Assembly: GCA_963804645.1 (NCBI GenBank)
Contig: CAWDRG010000009.1
Coordinates: forward strand, 64,001 to 128,000
DNA: 64,000 nt
Direction of reading: 5' to 3'
Source of the DNA: an uncultured Bacillota bacterium
GTDB taxonomy: Bacteria > Sysuimicrobiota > Sysuimicrobiia > Sysuimicrobiales > Segetimicrobiaceae
The position numbers and the translations under genes were made by a program. Positions 41,796 through 51,609 of the stretch are shown here, piece after piece (positions within the stretch are counted from its first letter, which is position 1; each line of letters starts with the position of its first letter). The notes under the pieces are model-generated. The model searched no databases, was not told where the DNA came from, and saw only the letters and a program-made list of their open reading frames with translations.

Positions 41796-42989
41796 TCAGA
41801 CGCGTGCGGCGAGCGGGGCCAGCGCCCGAGTGATTCGATTCAGGCCTTCCTCGATGCGCTCCATCGACGTGGCGTACGACAGCCGCAGAAACCCCGGGGC
41901 CTCGAACGCCTCGCCGGGCACGCACGCGACGTGCGCCTCATCCAGCAGATGCTCGGACAGCGCCAGCGCCGTCGCGGGGCCGCCGGGACGGGCGAGCACG
42001 CCCCGGACGTCGGGGAACACGTAGAACGCCCCGCGCGGCATGCCGCAGGCGACCCCAGGGATCTGGTTGAGCCGGCCGACGATGTACTTCCGCCGCGCGT
42101 CGTACTCCCGAACCATCGCCGAGAGATCAACGCGCGCGGTGAGCGCGTACAGGGCCGCCTTTTGGGCGATCGAGTTCGGGTTGCCGGACAGGTGCGCCTG
42201 GATGTCCGTGATCGCCGACGCGACCGCCTTCGGCGCCGCCGCGTACCCAATCCGCCAGCCGGTCATCGCGTACGTCTTCGACATCGAGTTGAGCAGGACG
42301 ATCCGGTCGCGCGCTTCGGGCCACGTCCCCGGGACCGAGATGTGCTGCGCCCCGTCGTAGACCATGCTCTCATAGATCTCGTCGCTCAGGAGGGTGAAGC
42401 TCTCGTGGCGCATCGCCAGCTCGACGAGGCCGGCGAGCGTCTCACGGGTGTAGACGGCGCCCGTGGGATTGTGCGGCGAGTCGACGATGATCGCCCGCGT
42501 ACGACGGCCGATCAACGGAGCGACCTGCGCGGCGGTGGGCTGCCAGTCGTGCGCGGCGTCGGTCGGGACCGGGACGGGCACCGCGCCCGCCAGCCGAACC
42601 TGCTCCATGTACGAGACCCACGCGGGGATGGGGACCAGCACCTCGTCCCCGGGGTCGCACAGCGCGCGCAGCGCAAAGTACAGCGCGGGCTTGCCGCCCG
42701 CGGTCACGACGACCTCCTCCGGCGCGTACGCCGCCCCGTAGTCGTCGCGCAGCCGCGTCGCGATCGCCTGCCGCAGTTCCGGAATGCCCGCCGGCCCCGT
42801 GTACTTCGTGAACCCTTCGCGGATCGCCGTGATCGCGGCGTCCTTCACGGGCTCCGGCGTGTCGAAATCGGGCTCCCCCGCGGCGAAGCTCAGCACGTCG
42901 ACGCCCTTGCGCCGCAACTGGCGCGCGCGATCGTCCATGCCGATCGTCATCGACGGCGTGATCTCACGGGCGGCCTTGGAAAGATGCAT
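41796..42989 (-). CDS. Class I PLP-dependent aminotransferase (aspartate aminotransferase type)
   Basis: GEPDFDTP, SPHNPTG, SDEIY, SMSKTYAMTGWRIG, GAFY, RLSYA; AAAGGAG RBS. Confidence 0.92.
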   Translation of the reverse strand: MHLSKAAREITPSMTIGMDDRARQLRRKGVDVLSFAAGEPDFDTPEPVKDAAITAIREGFTKYTGPAGIPELRQAIATRLRDDYGAAYAPEEVVVTAGGKPALYFALRALCDPGDEVLVPIPAWVSYMEQVRLAGAVPVPVPTDAAHDWQPTAAQVAPLIGRRTRAIIVDSPHNPTGAVYTRETLAGLVELAMRHESFTLLSDEIYESMVYDGAQHISVPGTWPEARDRIVLLNSMSKTYAMTGWRIGYAAAPKAVASAITDIQAHLSGNPNSIAQKAALYALTARVDLSAMVREYDARRKYIVGRLNQIPGVACGMPRGAFYVFPDVRGVLARPGGPATALALSEHLLDEAHVACVPGEAFEAPGFLRLSYATSMERIEEGLNRITRALAPLAARV

Positions 42990-43078
42990 GCGCACGCTCC
43001 TTTGGTCTTGCGCCTGTGCCGCAACAGTACCACCGCGCGGCCCCCCGTATATTCGCCGCGCGCGGGTCCTCCTCCCCG

Positions 43079-43852
43079 TCAGCGGCGGGCGGTGGACCGG
43101 CTGCGCTGGAGGGTCGGTCCTCCGGCCTCAGGGACCCCGCGGCCCTTGTCGCGCCACAGGATCACGTTGACGAGAATCAACACCGGGACCACGTACATCA
43201 TCTGCCCCATCACCCACATGAGCGCGCCGCCGAGCCGGAGGTCGTCGAGCGGCGACAGCCCCCACAAGCGCGCCACGTGGAGGTACGGCGTGTACCACGG
43301 GTGGCCGGCGAACGCGAGCGCGAACCCGAGGCCGAAATTCACGATGTCCGCCCCGAGCAGCATCGCGAGCCTGAGGCCGAACGACGCGCGCACCAGCGCG
43401 GGCGCCGGGGAGACGATGACCCCCCAAAAAATCAGCCCCGCCACGACGAACGAGACGTGCTCCGCGGCGTGGAGCCACGGCGACCGAAGCGTCGCGTCGT
43501 AGGCGGCCGGCAGATGCCACGCGAGCAGCGTCCCGTTGAACACCAGGAACGCCGGCACCGGCGCCCACACCGCGCGCAGCACGCGGCGCAGGGCCGGCCG
43601 CTGGAACACCCAGCCGAGCAGCGTCGGGGGGATCGAGAGCGCGATCAGCGGCGGCGCCACCAGCAGCAGCAGCATGTGCTGCAGCATGTGGAGCGTGAAC
43701 AGATACACCGCGCCGCGGTCGAGCGGCGACAGCAGGGCGAGCGTCAGGACGGCGTAGCCGCTCCAGAAGTACCACGCCTGCCCGTGCCGCGGTGGAAACC
43801 GCGCGGCGATCCACAGATAAACGAGCGCGCCGAGGACGAGCGCGCCCACCAC
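43079..43852 (-). CDS. ctaG: Cytochrome c oxidase assembly factor (caa3 CtaG family); 5' end uncertain
   Basis: SPLD, HMLQHMLL, WHLP..YD, HAAEH, D.RLGG.LMW. In-frame WTDWNADP lies upstream of the first GTG. Confidence 0.85.
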   Translation of the reverse strand: MVGALVLGALVYLWIAARFPPRHGQAWYFWSGYAVLTLALLSPLDRGAVYLFTLHMLQHMLLLLVAPPLIALSIPPTLLGWVFQRPALRRVLRAVWAPVPAFLVFNGTLLAWHLPAAYDATLRSPWLHAAEHVSFVVAGLIFWGVIVSPAPALVRASFGLRLAMLLGADIVNFGLGFALAFAGHPWYTPYLHVARLWGLSPLDDLRLGGALMWVMGQMMYVVPVLILVNVILWRDKGRGVPEAGGPTLQRSRSTARR

Positions 43853-43906
43853 CAGCGGATCGGCGTTCCAGTCGGTCCAGCGGAGTGTGACGATGCGGCA
43901 CCGGGC

Positions 43907-44923
43907 CTAGCGGCCGGCCCAACCCCTCCCGCGAACCACCGCGCAGGTCAGCTTGAGCAGGGCCATCCGGATGTACATCCCGGCCTCGGTTTGTTCGAAG
44001 ATAATCACGCGGGGGTCGTTGTCCACCGACGTCGGAAGTTCCGAGTGGATCCCCTCGACGCGGGGCAGCGGATGCATCACGATGGCGTTCGCCGGCAGCT
44101 CGGACAGGATCTCGGGCGTCACCACAAAGGCGTTGCGAATTCGCTCGTACGTGGCGACGTCGTCACCGAAGCGCTCCTTCTGGATCCGCGTCACGTAGAG
44201 CACGTCGGCGCCGCGCACGCCCTCGCGGAGGTCGTCGGTCTGCGTGACGGGGATCTTGTGGCGGCGCAGGTAGTGCAGCAGGTCTTCCTTCATCTGCACG
44301 GCGCGAGGCGCCACCATGCGGATCGACGTCCCCGGATACTTCGCGAGCAGATAGCACAGCGACCGCGCAGTCCGGCCGAAGAGCAGGTCGCCCGCCACCG
44401 CGATCGTCACGCCCTCGAGCGAGCCGCGGTGCCGCCAGATGGTGTACGCGTCCAGCAGCGCCTGGGTCGGATGCTGCCCCGGCCCGTCACCCGCGTTGAA
44501 GACGGGCACGGGCCGGCCGCTGCGCGGATCGAGCGCGACCGCGGCGGCGCGCTCCGCGGCGCCTTCCTGATAGTGGCGGATCACGATCGCCGCCGGGCGG
44601 TACCGACAGACGACCCGGATCGTGTCCTCGATCGACTCGCCCTTCGCCGCCGACGAGAATTCTCGGGCCGCTTCAGACGACAGCACGCGCCCGCCGAGGT
44701 GGTACGTCGCGAACTCAAACGACAGACGGGTTCGGGTACTGGGCTCGTAGAACAGCGTGAGCACGATCTTGCCCTTGAGGAGGTTGCTGCCGCCCCCGTC
44801 GATGATCTCTTCCGCGAGGTGGGCTTCCCGGAACACACAGTCCAATGCTGGGGGATCAAACTGCTGGGCGCGCAACACGTGCGGCCAGCCGGCCCAGAGT
44901 TGAAGAGCGGTGGGGGCGGCCAT
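43907..44923 (-). CDS. pyrB: Aspartate carbamoyltransferase catalytic subunit
   Basis: FYEPSTRTRLSF, KGES, NAGDG..QHPTQALLD, RIQKER, MHPLP. Confidence 0.95.
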   Translation of the reverse strand: MAAPTALQLWAGWPHVLRAQQFDPPALDCVFREAHLAEEIIDGGGSNLLKGKIVLTLFYEPSTRTRLSFEFATYHLGGRVLSSEAAREFSSAAKGESIEDTIRVVCRYRPAAIVIRHYQEGAAERAAAVALDPRSGRPVPVFNAGDGPGQHPTQALLDAYTIWRHRGSLEGVTIAVAGDLLFGRTARSLCYLLAKYPGTSIRMVAPRAVQMKEDLLHYLRRHKIPVTQTDDLREGVRGADVLYVTRIQKERFGDDVATYERIRNAFVVTPEILSELPANAIVMHPLPRVEGIHSELPTSVDNDPRVIIFEQTEAGMYIRMALLKLTCAVVRGRGWAGR

Positions 44924-45034
44924 ACAGGGAAGAGGGTTCGCGCCGGGACGGAATGCCCCCTCCCGGCGCGACCAAGGGGTCCCTGCGCCGGGGGAGAATT
45001 CTTAGGCCCAATCGGACGTCTCGAGGAGGGGACC

Positions 45035-45427
45035 ATGGTCCCGTCGGCGGGGACCTCAGCCTATCAAGATCTGCTCGTCCAGCACCTGGCGGCCTGGAGC
45101 CGACACGACACCGAAGCGATCTTGGAGACGATGACGCAGGACTGCGTCTTCGAGACGTCCGGCGGCCCCGATCCGTGGGGACGCCGCTATGAGGGACAGG
45201 CTGCGGTCCGTGAAGCGATCGAGGAGATCTTCAACATGCTGCCCGACGTACGGTACATGCACGCGCGGCACAGCGCGTTCGGAGAGCGCGGCGTGTCGGA
45301 GTGGACCATGGTCGCGACGCGTCCCGACGGCAGCCGCATCGAAGCCCGCGGGTGCGACCTGTTCGAGTTTCGAGATGGCAAGATCGCCCGGAAGGATTCC
45401 TACCGCAAGCGAAGACTCACGCGTTAA
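45035..45427 (+). CDS. SnoaL/NTF2-like protein
   Basis: GAGGAGG RBS; AWSRHD, SEW, GCDLFEFRDGKIARKDSYRK. Confidence 0.85.
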   Translation: MVPSAGTSAYQDLLVQHLAAWSRHDTEAILETMTQDCVFETSGGPDPWGRRYEGQAAVREAIEEIFNMLPDVRYMHARHSAFGERGVSEWTMVATRPDGSRIEARGCDLFEFRDGKIARKDSYRKRRLTR

Positions 45428-45507
45428 CCCGCCCCGCACGGACGATGACGGACGACCCACGACGCATGCGCCGGCCATGAAGCCGCGCGGGGAGGTGGTC
45501 TCCGCTC

Positions 45508-46155
45508 ATGCCTAAGCTGAGAGTCCATGCATTTGGGGTTTCGGTTGATGGGTACGGTGCTGGGCCGAGCCAAAGCCTTGAGAATCCGCTCGGCGTTGGC
45601 GGCCTGGCGTTGCACGATTGGATGTTTCCGACTCGGACCTTTCAGCGCATGCATGGAACGGACGGCGGCACAACGGGACTTGACGATGATTTCGCCGCTC
45701 GAGGTTTCGAAAATATCGGGGCATGGATCATCGGTCGCAACATGTTTGGGCCGGTCCGAGGGTCCTGGTCCGACGAAAGCTGGAACGGGTGGTGGGGTGA
45801 AAATCCACCGTATCACACTCCAGTGTTCGTATTGACCCACTATTCGCGAGCCCCGATTTCGATGGCGGGCGAGACTACGTTCCATTTTGTTACCGAGGGC
45901 ATTCATGCCGCCGTGGAGCGCGCTACCGCTGCAGCAAACGGAAGAGATATTCGCGTTGGGGGAGGCGTCGCCACGGTCCAACAGTGTGTGCGGGCTGGGC
46001 TGATTGATTACCTCCATCTCGCTATTTCACCGATCCTGCTTGGGTCGGGCGAGCTGTTGTTCGCAAATATCGACATGCTCAAGCTTGGGTACCAATGCAC
46101 CGAGCACGTGTCCACGCCAAAAGCGACCCACGTGGTTCTAATCAAGCGTGCCTAA
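45508..46155 (+). CDS. Dihydrofolate reductase-like / RibD C-terminal domain protein
   Basis: SVDGY, GRNMF, PVFVLTH, GGG.ATV, LID.LHL...P.LLG.G; visibly AT-richer codons. Confidence 0.88.
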   Translation: MPKLRVHAFGVSVDGYGAGPSQSLENPLGVGGLALHDWMFPTRTFQRMHGTDGGTTGLDDDFAARGFENIGAWIIGRNMFGPVRGSWSDESWNGWWGENPPYHTPVFVLTHYSRAPISMAGETTFHFVTEGIHAAVERATAAANGRDIRVGGGVATVQQCVRAGLIDYLHLAISPILLGSGELLFANIDMLKLGYQCTEHVSTPKATHVVLIKRA

Positions 46156-46291
46156 GGGAGCCGAACCGCGTATTCAGCTCCATCATGCTTAAGGCTCATC
46201 CGTCTCGGTGAACCCGGCGTCGGGCCTCGCTCCGGTACCACGCTTGCGAGGCAGTGACTACGCCGTGCTAATACAGCAGAGTCTGTTCACC

Positions 46292-46513
46292 CTAGACCAT
46301 CTTCGCGACCTCAACCGCGCGCAAACGTAGAACTTGCGGCGTCGGTACGGGCGCGGGCGCCGCAACGGGCTGCGGCACCAGTGTTGCATCGCGCAACTCC
46401 CGCGCACGCGTCTGCGCCCGATTCAGCGAGCGCAGGTTTTCATGCACGCCCTCGTGCTGCGCCCGGGCGAGCACTGCCTTCGTGAGCTCATAAGAGATCT
46501 TGCCGCTCAACAC
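46292..46513 (-). CDS. Small hypothetical protein (73 aa)
   Basis: GGGAG close upstream; natural-looking helical N-half and Pro-rich tail; no recognised motif. Confidence 0.45.
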   Translation of the reverse strand: MLSGKISYELTKAVLARAQHEGVHENLRSLNRAQTRARELRDATLVPQPVAAPAPVPTPQVLRLRAVEVAKMV

Positions 46514-46737
46514 TCCCGCATCATCGCACGCCCCGTAACGACACGGTCACGCACGCGGCACGCCATCGCCGACACGGCGACGCTCTCCGGCGCGCGTGAA
46601 ACCGTAACAATCCCGTCACTCCTCGCGCAATTCGGAATGCTCACGCGCTATCCTCGGTTGTCTCTGGGTAGAACAGCAAGTGACAAACAGGCGCTGAGCG
46701 TCTGTGATCCACCGATGAAAGGAGGTGACCCCCCCCC

Positions 46738-46917
46738 GTGCGCAAGCTGCTCGCGATCGTGCTGATGGGCGGTGTCCTCATCGTGTGTGCGTCCGCGGCG
46801 TTCGCCAACGGCACCACAGGCGCCACGCAGTCGATCTCGGGACAGAACAGCGATCGGAATGGAACCTGGATCGACCCGCAGGGCATACCGCTGGCGCCCG
46901 CTACACCGCACCAGTAG
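46738..46917 (+). CDS. Small secreted peptide A (59 aa; absent from ORF track)
   Basis: AAAGGAGGTGA-C9-GTG; MRKLLAIVLMGGVLIVCASAAFA/NGTTGATQSISGQNSDRNGTWIDPQGIPLAPATPHQ*. Confidence 0.8.
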   Translation: MRKLLAIVLMGGVLIVCASAAFANGTTGATQSISGQNSDRNGTWIDPQGIPLAPATPHQ

Positions 46918-46961
46918 CAGAGACCTCGCAGTGCCGAACAACACAAAAGGAGATGATGATC

Positions 46962-47144
46962 ATGCGTAAGCTTCTCGCAGTTGTACTGATGGGTGGGGCC
47001 CTGATCGTGAGCGCGTCGGCGGCGTTTGCCGACAACAGCATGAGCACCGACCAGTCGGCCGTCGGCCAGGGCGTGGATCAGAACGGCTACTACTGGGTGG
47101 ACCAGCAGGCCACGCCGCAGGCGCCCAACGTTCAAGCGCAGTAG
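46962..47144 (+). CDS. Small secreted peptide B (60 aa), paralog of A
   Basis: AAAAGGAG RBS; MRKLLAVVLMGGALIVSASAAFA/DNSMSTDQSAVGQGVDQNGYYWVDQQATPQAPNVQAQ*. Confidence 0.83.
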   Translation: MRKLLAVVLMGGALIVSASAAFADNSMSTDQSAVGQGVDQNGYYWVDQQATPQAPNVQAQ

Positions 47145-47158
47145 TCGACCTCTGAGAC

Positions 47159-47189
47159 CGGCCGCCCGGACCCAGGGTCCGGGCGGCCG
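47159..47189. terminator. Perfect 15-bp inverted repeat between convergent genes
   Basis: CGGCCGCCCGGACCC-A-GGGTCCGGGCGGCCG, 14 nt after the peptide B stop. Confidence 0.6.
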
Positions 47190-47264
47190 CGTCCCCGGGG
47201 GAGAAACGGTCCGGCCGCGACAGGATCGTCGCGGCCGGGAGCACTCCGATCGGCTCGGCGGCCG

Positions 47265-48947
47265 CTATCCGCAGATGGCGCCTTGCGCCGACGACGACAC
47301 CAGCTTGGCGTACTTGGCCAGCGCACCGGTGCGGTAGCGAGGCTCGGGCGCCTTCCACTGACGCAGACGGGCTTTGACCTCTTCCGCCGGGACCTCCAGG
47401 TCGAGGCGGCGGCTCGGCAGATCAATGTGGATTGTGTCTCCGTCGCGCACCACGGCGATCGGTCCGCCGTGCGCCGCTTCCGGCGCGACGTGTCCGATCA
47501 CCAACCCGTGAGACCCTCCCGAGAACCGCCCGTCGGTGATCAACGCCACGTCTTCGCCGAGCCCGGCGCCGTAGAGCGCGCCGGTGACCGCGAGCATCTC
47601 CCGCATGCCGGGACCGCCCTTCGGTCCCTCGTTGCGAATGATGACCACGTCGCCCGGCGAGAGACGCTTGTTGACGACCGCGTCGAACGCGTCCTCTTCC
47701 CGCTCGAACACGCGCGCCGGCCCGCGGAGGCTCTGCCGCCGAAGCCCCGCGGTCTTGATGACCGCGCCGTCCGGCGCGAGCGTGCCGGACAGCACCGCCA
47801 GCGTCCCGCTCGGCGTAATCGGCTGATCAATCGGACGCACGATCGACTGGCCCTCGGGGCGCCGGACGTCCTTGAGATTCTCGGCCATTGTCTTTCCCGT
47901 CACCGTCATCACGCCGCCGTGGAGGTAGCCGCCGTCGAGCAGTTCGCGGAGCACCACCGGCACGCCGCCGATCCGATCGAGATCCACCATCAGGTAGCGC
48001 CCGCCCGGGTGCATGTCGGCGATATACGGCGTGCGCCGGCTGATGCGGTCGAAGTCGGCGAGCACCAGATCCACGCCGGCTTCGCGGGCAATCGCCAGGA
48101 GGTGCAGCACGCCGTTCGTCGACCCGCCCATCGCCACGAGCGCGGTGATCGCATTTTCGAACGCCTCGCGCGTGAGAATATCCCTCGGGCGGAGGCCGTC
48201 GCGCAGCAGCCGCATCGCCGCCTCGCCCGTGCGCCGGCAGACGTCCGGACGCTTCGGGTCCACCGACGGCACGGAGGAACTGCCCGGCAGCGCCATGCCC
48301 AGCGCCTCCACGCACGAAGCCATCGTGTTGGCGGTGTACAGACCGCCGCACGAGCCGGCGCCCGGACACGCCACGCATTCCAGGCGGTACAGCTGCTCGT
48401 CGGTCATCTTGCCGTTCGCGTGGGCCCCCACGGCTTCGAACACGTCCACGATCGTCACGTCGCGCCCCTCAAACTGCCCGGGGAGAATCGTCCCGCCGTA
48501 GAGGAAGATGCCCGGCACGTTCAGGCGCGCGAGCGCGAGCAGCATGCCGGGGAGGCTCTTGTCACAGCCGGCAATGGCCACGAGGCCGTCGAAGGCTTCC
48601 GCGATCACCATCAACTCGACTGAGTCGGCGATGACCTCGCGGCTGATCAGCGACGCCTTCATCCCTTCGTGCCCCATCGAGATCGCGTCGCTCACCGCGA
48701 TCGTGGTGAACTCGATCGGGGTACCGCCAGCGGCCCGCACGCCCTCCTTCACCAGACGCGCGTGCACGTCGAGGTTCAAATTGCACGGGGTGACCTCGTT
48801 CCAGGACGACGCGACGCCGACCAGCGGCTTCTTGAGATCGTCGTCGTGAAGACCGGTCGCCCGGAGCATCGCGCGATGCGGCGCGCGCTCGGGCCCATCC
48901 GTGACCGCGCGGGAGCGCGTCTTGCCGTCCACGCTGGTCTTTGCCAT
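47265..48947 (-). CDS. ilvD: Dihydroxy-acid dehydratase
   Basis: [60 protein letters not shown]. Confidence 0.95.
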   Translation of the reverse strand: MAKTSVDGKTRSRAVTDGPERAPHRAMLRATGLHDDDLKKPLVGVASSWNEVTPCNLNLDVHARLVKEGVRAAGGTPIEFTTIAVSDAISMGHEGMKASLISREVIADSVELMVIAEAFDGLVAIAGCDKSLPGMLLALARLNVPGIFLYGGTILPGQFEGRDVTIVDVFEAVGAHANGKMTDEQLYRLECVACPGAGSCGGLYTANTMASCVEALGMALPGSSSVPSVDPKRPDVCRRTGEAAMRLLRDGLRPRDILTREAFENAITALVAMGGSTNGVLHLLAIAREAGVDLVLADFDRISRRTPYIADMHPGGRYLMVDLDRIGGVPVVLRELLDGGYLHGGVMTVTGKTMAENLKDVRRPEGQSIVRPIDQPITPSGTLAVLSGTLAPDGAVIKTAGLRRQSLRGPARVFEREEDAFDAVVNKRLSPGDVVIIRNEGPKGGPGMREMLAVTGALYGAGLGEDVALITDGRFSGGSHGLVIGHVAPEAAHGGPIAVVRDGDTIHIDLPSRRLDLEVPAEEVKARLRQWKAPEPRYRTGALAKYAKLVSSSAQGAICG

Positions 48948-49050
48948 CCGAACCGCCTCCTCAGATCGATTTCCGCCCACGCATGCGCCGGGGCGCAAGC
49001 CATGGGCTCCTTGTGCTTCTCCGAGATGCGCCGCGTGCCCTGCCCGGTGC

Positions 49051-50121
49051 CTACCGCGACGTGTGCGCGGACCGGTGGGACGCCGCGCCGTTCTCGCCGG
49101 GGAACGTAAACAGGCGCGCGAGCCGGGCGCGCACGGCGCGCCCGGTCGCGAGGTCCCAGCTGTTGACGATCGCGATCCGGAAGCCGCCGGGCGGCATCGC
49201 GTGCTGTTCGAGCGGCTTGCAAACGTCGAACGTGATCTGGATGCTGGAGACCCCCGGAACCGCCCGCAGCGCCTGCACCGCGTCCGGGTCGATCCGGTAG
49301 CGCCGGCCGTGCGATCCGAAGAGGACAACGCTGTAGCCGGCGCGCGGCCGGTCGTTGAATCGCCAGCGTCCCCGCGCGTACAGGTCCACCACGCTCTCGA
49401 GCCACCCCGGGCCGTTGAGATCGACCCACTGTTCCGCCATCCGAAGATGGCACTCGATGATCACGCCGCCGATCGACTCGAAATTCACGATCCCGGTGTA
49501 TCCGTGCAGGTGCTCGCGAAGCCACCGGCCCCAGCGCGCCTCGAGCCGCGGCAGCCGGTGCGCGAGCACCTCCCAGTAGTCGAACATCCCCGCGGGCAGC
49601 CGGTGCCCCACCGTGTGACGCCACCAGCACGGCACGCCGCCGACGAGCGCCACGTCGGTACTCAGATGTCGGCCGGTCAAGAGCCTCATCCAAAGATGCC
49701 CCGGCTCGAACCGCGCCTCGAGTTCCCGGGCCGACCGGATCACGTACCCGCCGGCGCCCATGCCGTGCAGGTTGACGATCGGCTTGCTGAACACCGGGAA
49801 CCGCTTCGGCGCCACCCCGTGCGGGGCGTGCGTCACGCTCTGGCTCCAGCAGATGAAGAGCTTGTCGTACGCGCGGCGGTGCTGGGGATGGAGCCGCCAC
49901 CCCCAGGGGTCGTCGATCGGAATGCGGATCGAGCGCGGCACCCGAACACCCGCGAAGTACTGCCACCGCCAGATGTCGACGCCGGGAAAGGCGGTGCGAC
50001 CGGCGGGAGGAGGTTCGGCCTGGAGGTTATGCAGGCGGAGCCGCGCCGCGCGCGAGACGGCGGCCCCGCGACGGGGCGCCCCAGCGCGGGGCGGTAATGA
50101 CCCGAGCGGGTCCGCGGTCAC
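49051..50121 (-). CDS. Hypothetical protein, probable ATP-grasp-like fold
   Basis: DKL, FPVFSKP..NLHGMG.G, HLSTD, NFE, IIECHLR; start uncertain. Confidence 0.7.
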   Translation of the reverse strand: MTADPLGSLPPRAGAPRRGAAVSRAARLRLHNLQAEPPPAGRTAFPGVDIWRWQYFAGVRVPRSIRIPIDDPWGWRLHPQHRRAYDKLFICWSQSVTHAPHGVAPKRFPVFSKPIVNLHGMGAGGYVIRSARELEARFEPGHLWMRLLTGRHLSTDVALVGGVPCWWRHTVGHRLPAGMFDYWEVLAHRLPRLEARWGRWLREHLHGYTGIVNFESIGGVIIECHLRMAEQWVDLNGPGWLESVVDLYARGRWRFNDRPRAGYSVVLFGSHGRRYRIDPDAVQALRAVPGVSSIQITFDVCKPLEQHAMPPGGFRIAIVNSWDLATGRAVRARLARLFTFPGENGAASHRSAHTSR

Positions 50122-50216
50122 GCGCGCGGAACCGCCGCGGACCCGGCCGCGACGACGGGAACCCGGCCGCGAGCGCAGGCATCTCGTCCCGTCATCTGGC
50201 GTCTCCTCTGCGGCCG

Positions 50217-50489
50217 CTAGTCCAACGCGGCATAGCCGGGAATCGTGAGAAACTCCACGAACGTCTCTCCGAGCAGCACGTCCTCGAACAGCGCCCGCGC
50301 CTGATCGAGCGTGTCCGCGGCGCGGCCGCCGCGCTCACGCCGCAGCCGCACGATCTCTTCCTCGCACACGCGGCGCGCCAGATCGAGCGTCACGCGTCCG
50401 CAGCCCGCGAGCGGCGTCCCGTGACGGATCCACTGCCACACCTGGCTTCTCGAGATCTCCGCCGTCGCGGCGTCTTCCATCAGGTTGTG
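50217..50489 (-). pseudogene. aceB: Malate synthase A C-terminal fragment
   Basis: HNLMEDAATAEISRSQVWQW...FVEFLTIPGY; the TIM-barrel part is absent. Confidence 0.85.
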
Positions 50490-50492
50490 CGC

Positions 50493-51401
50493 CTAGGTGG
50501 CGTAGGCGTCGTAAACCGCGCGCCCCACGTGCCCGATGGCCGCCGCGCCCTCGAGGTCGCTTCCGAGATCCCGCGTAAAGACGGTCACGATGCACACGCT
50601 GCCGGGCGCGTAGAGCACCCCGGCGTCGTTGCTGACGCGCGACACCGACCCGGTCTTGTGCGCGATCTCCACGCCCGGCGGCAGCAGCAGCGGCAGGCGG
50701 TTGCGCACCTGCTGGCGCCGCATGATGTCGAGCATCCCGCGGCACACTGTGGGCGACAGCGGTCCGGCCGCGGCCGCGCCGCCGTCGAGGGTGGGACGGA
50801 CGATCGCTTCGAGCAGCGCCCCCATCTCGCGCGGCGTCGTCATGTTCGCGGCGGGGTCGTGGTACATGCGGGCGTTGAGGTCGATCTCGCGGCGCCGCAG
50901 CCGGCCGAGCGCCGTCTGCCGCGTCTCCGGCGTGTCCGGCGCGTCCCCGAGGCCCACGACATCGTACAGCAGCTCGCGGCAGCTCATCGACACCGTCGTA
51001 CGGGTCAGCCCGCACTGCCGCAGCCGCGCGTTGACCGCGTCCTTCGTGACGAGCCCGAGCAGCATGTCGGTGGCTGTGTTGTCGCTGACGATGATCATCA
51101 GCGTCGCGAAGTCCTTCAGCGTGAGCGACGTCCCGGCGGAGAGCTCCTTGAGCACCCCGGAGCCGGGCGACTTCATCGCGTCCGTCAGGACCACGCGGTC
51201 GTCGAGCGACCGCTGCTTCGCCTCGACCTGGCACAGCAGTTCGGCCAGGATCGGGATTTTGAACACGCTCGCCATCTGATACGGATCGTCCGCGTTGACG
51301 GCGATCGTGTCCCCGCTCTTGAGCGCGTGGACGTATACGCCCATCGTGCCGTCGAGTTCGTCGGCGATGTGGGTGATGCGGGTCTCGAGCTGGCTGGCCA
51401 T
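50493..51401 (-). CDS. Class A beta-lactamase-related serine hydrolase (no signal peptide)
   Basis: ASVFK (SxxK), SDNTATD, TTPREM, HKTG, NDAG; GGGAGG RBS. Confidence 0.9.
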   Translation of the reverse strand: MASQLETRITHIADELDGTMGVYVHALKSGDTIAVNADDPYQMASVFKIPILAELLCQVEAKQRSLDDRVVLTDAMKSPGSGVLKELSAGTSLTLKDFATLMIIVSDNTATDMLLGLVTKDAVNARLRQCGLTRTTVSMSCRELLYDVVGLGDAPDTPETRQTALGRLRRREIDLNARMYHDPAANMTTPREMGALLEAIVRPTLDGGAAAAGPLSPTVCRGMLDIMRRQQVRNRLPLLLPPGVEIAHKTGSVSRVSNDAGVLYAPGSVCIVTVFTRDLGSDLEGAAAIGHVGRAVYDAYAT

Positions 51402-51609
51402 GTTGCCTCCCGCCGGATGTGGCCTCTCGGGCGCCCCCGGACGCCCCCGCTCCTGCTTCTCGGGGGGAGCCGGCGGCACCTATCCGGGAAGGTCCGCCGG
51501 GCCAGGGGGATGCCCGCGGCCGGTCGAACCTCACGCGTACGACGCACGCGGCCCTCGACGACCGGGGGACCCGCGGCGCGGTGCGACGAGCGGAGGAGCG
51601 GTGACGCCC

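Noticed and set aside
43907..50495. Genome-wide amber readthrough or recoding, suggested by two in-frame TAG junctions
   Set aside because: Many other genes end in TAG at their natural C-termini (ilvD, both SBPs, cocE-2), no conserved gene has an internal TAG, and no pyl genes are visible.
50493..51401. Antibiotic-resistance beta-lactamase
   Set aside because: No signal peptide and no clear omega-loop ExxLN; better called a beta-lactamase-related serine hydrolase.
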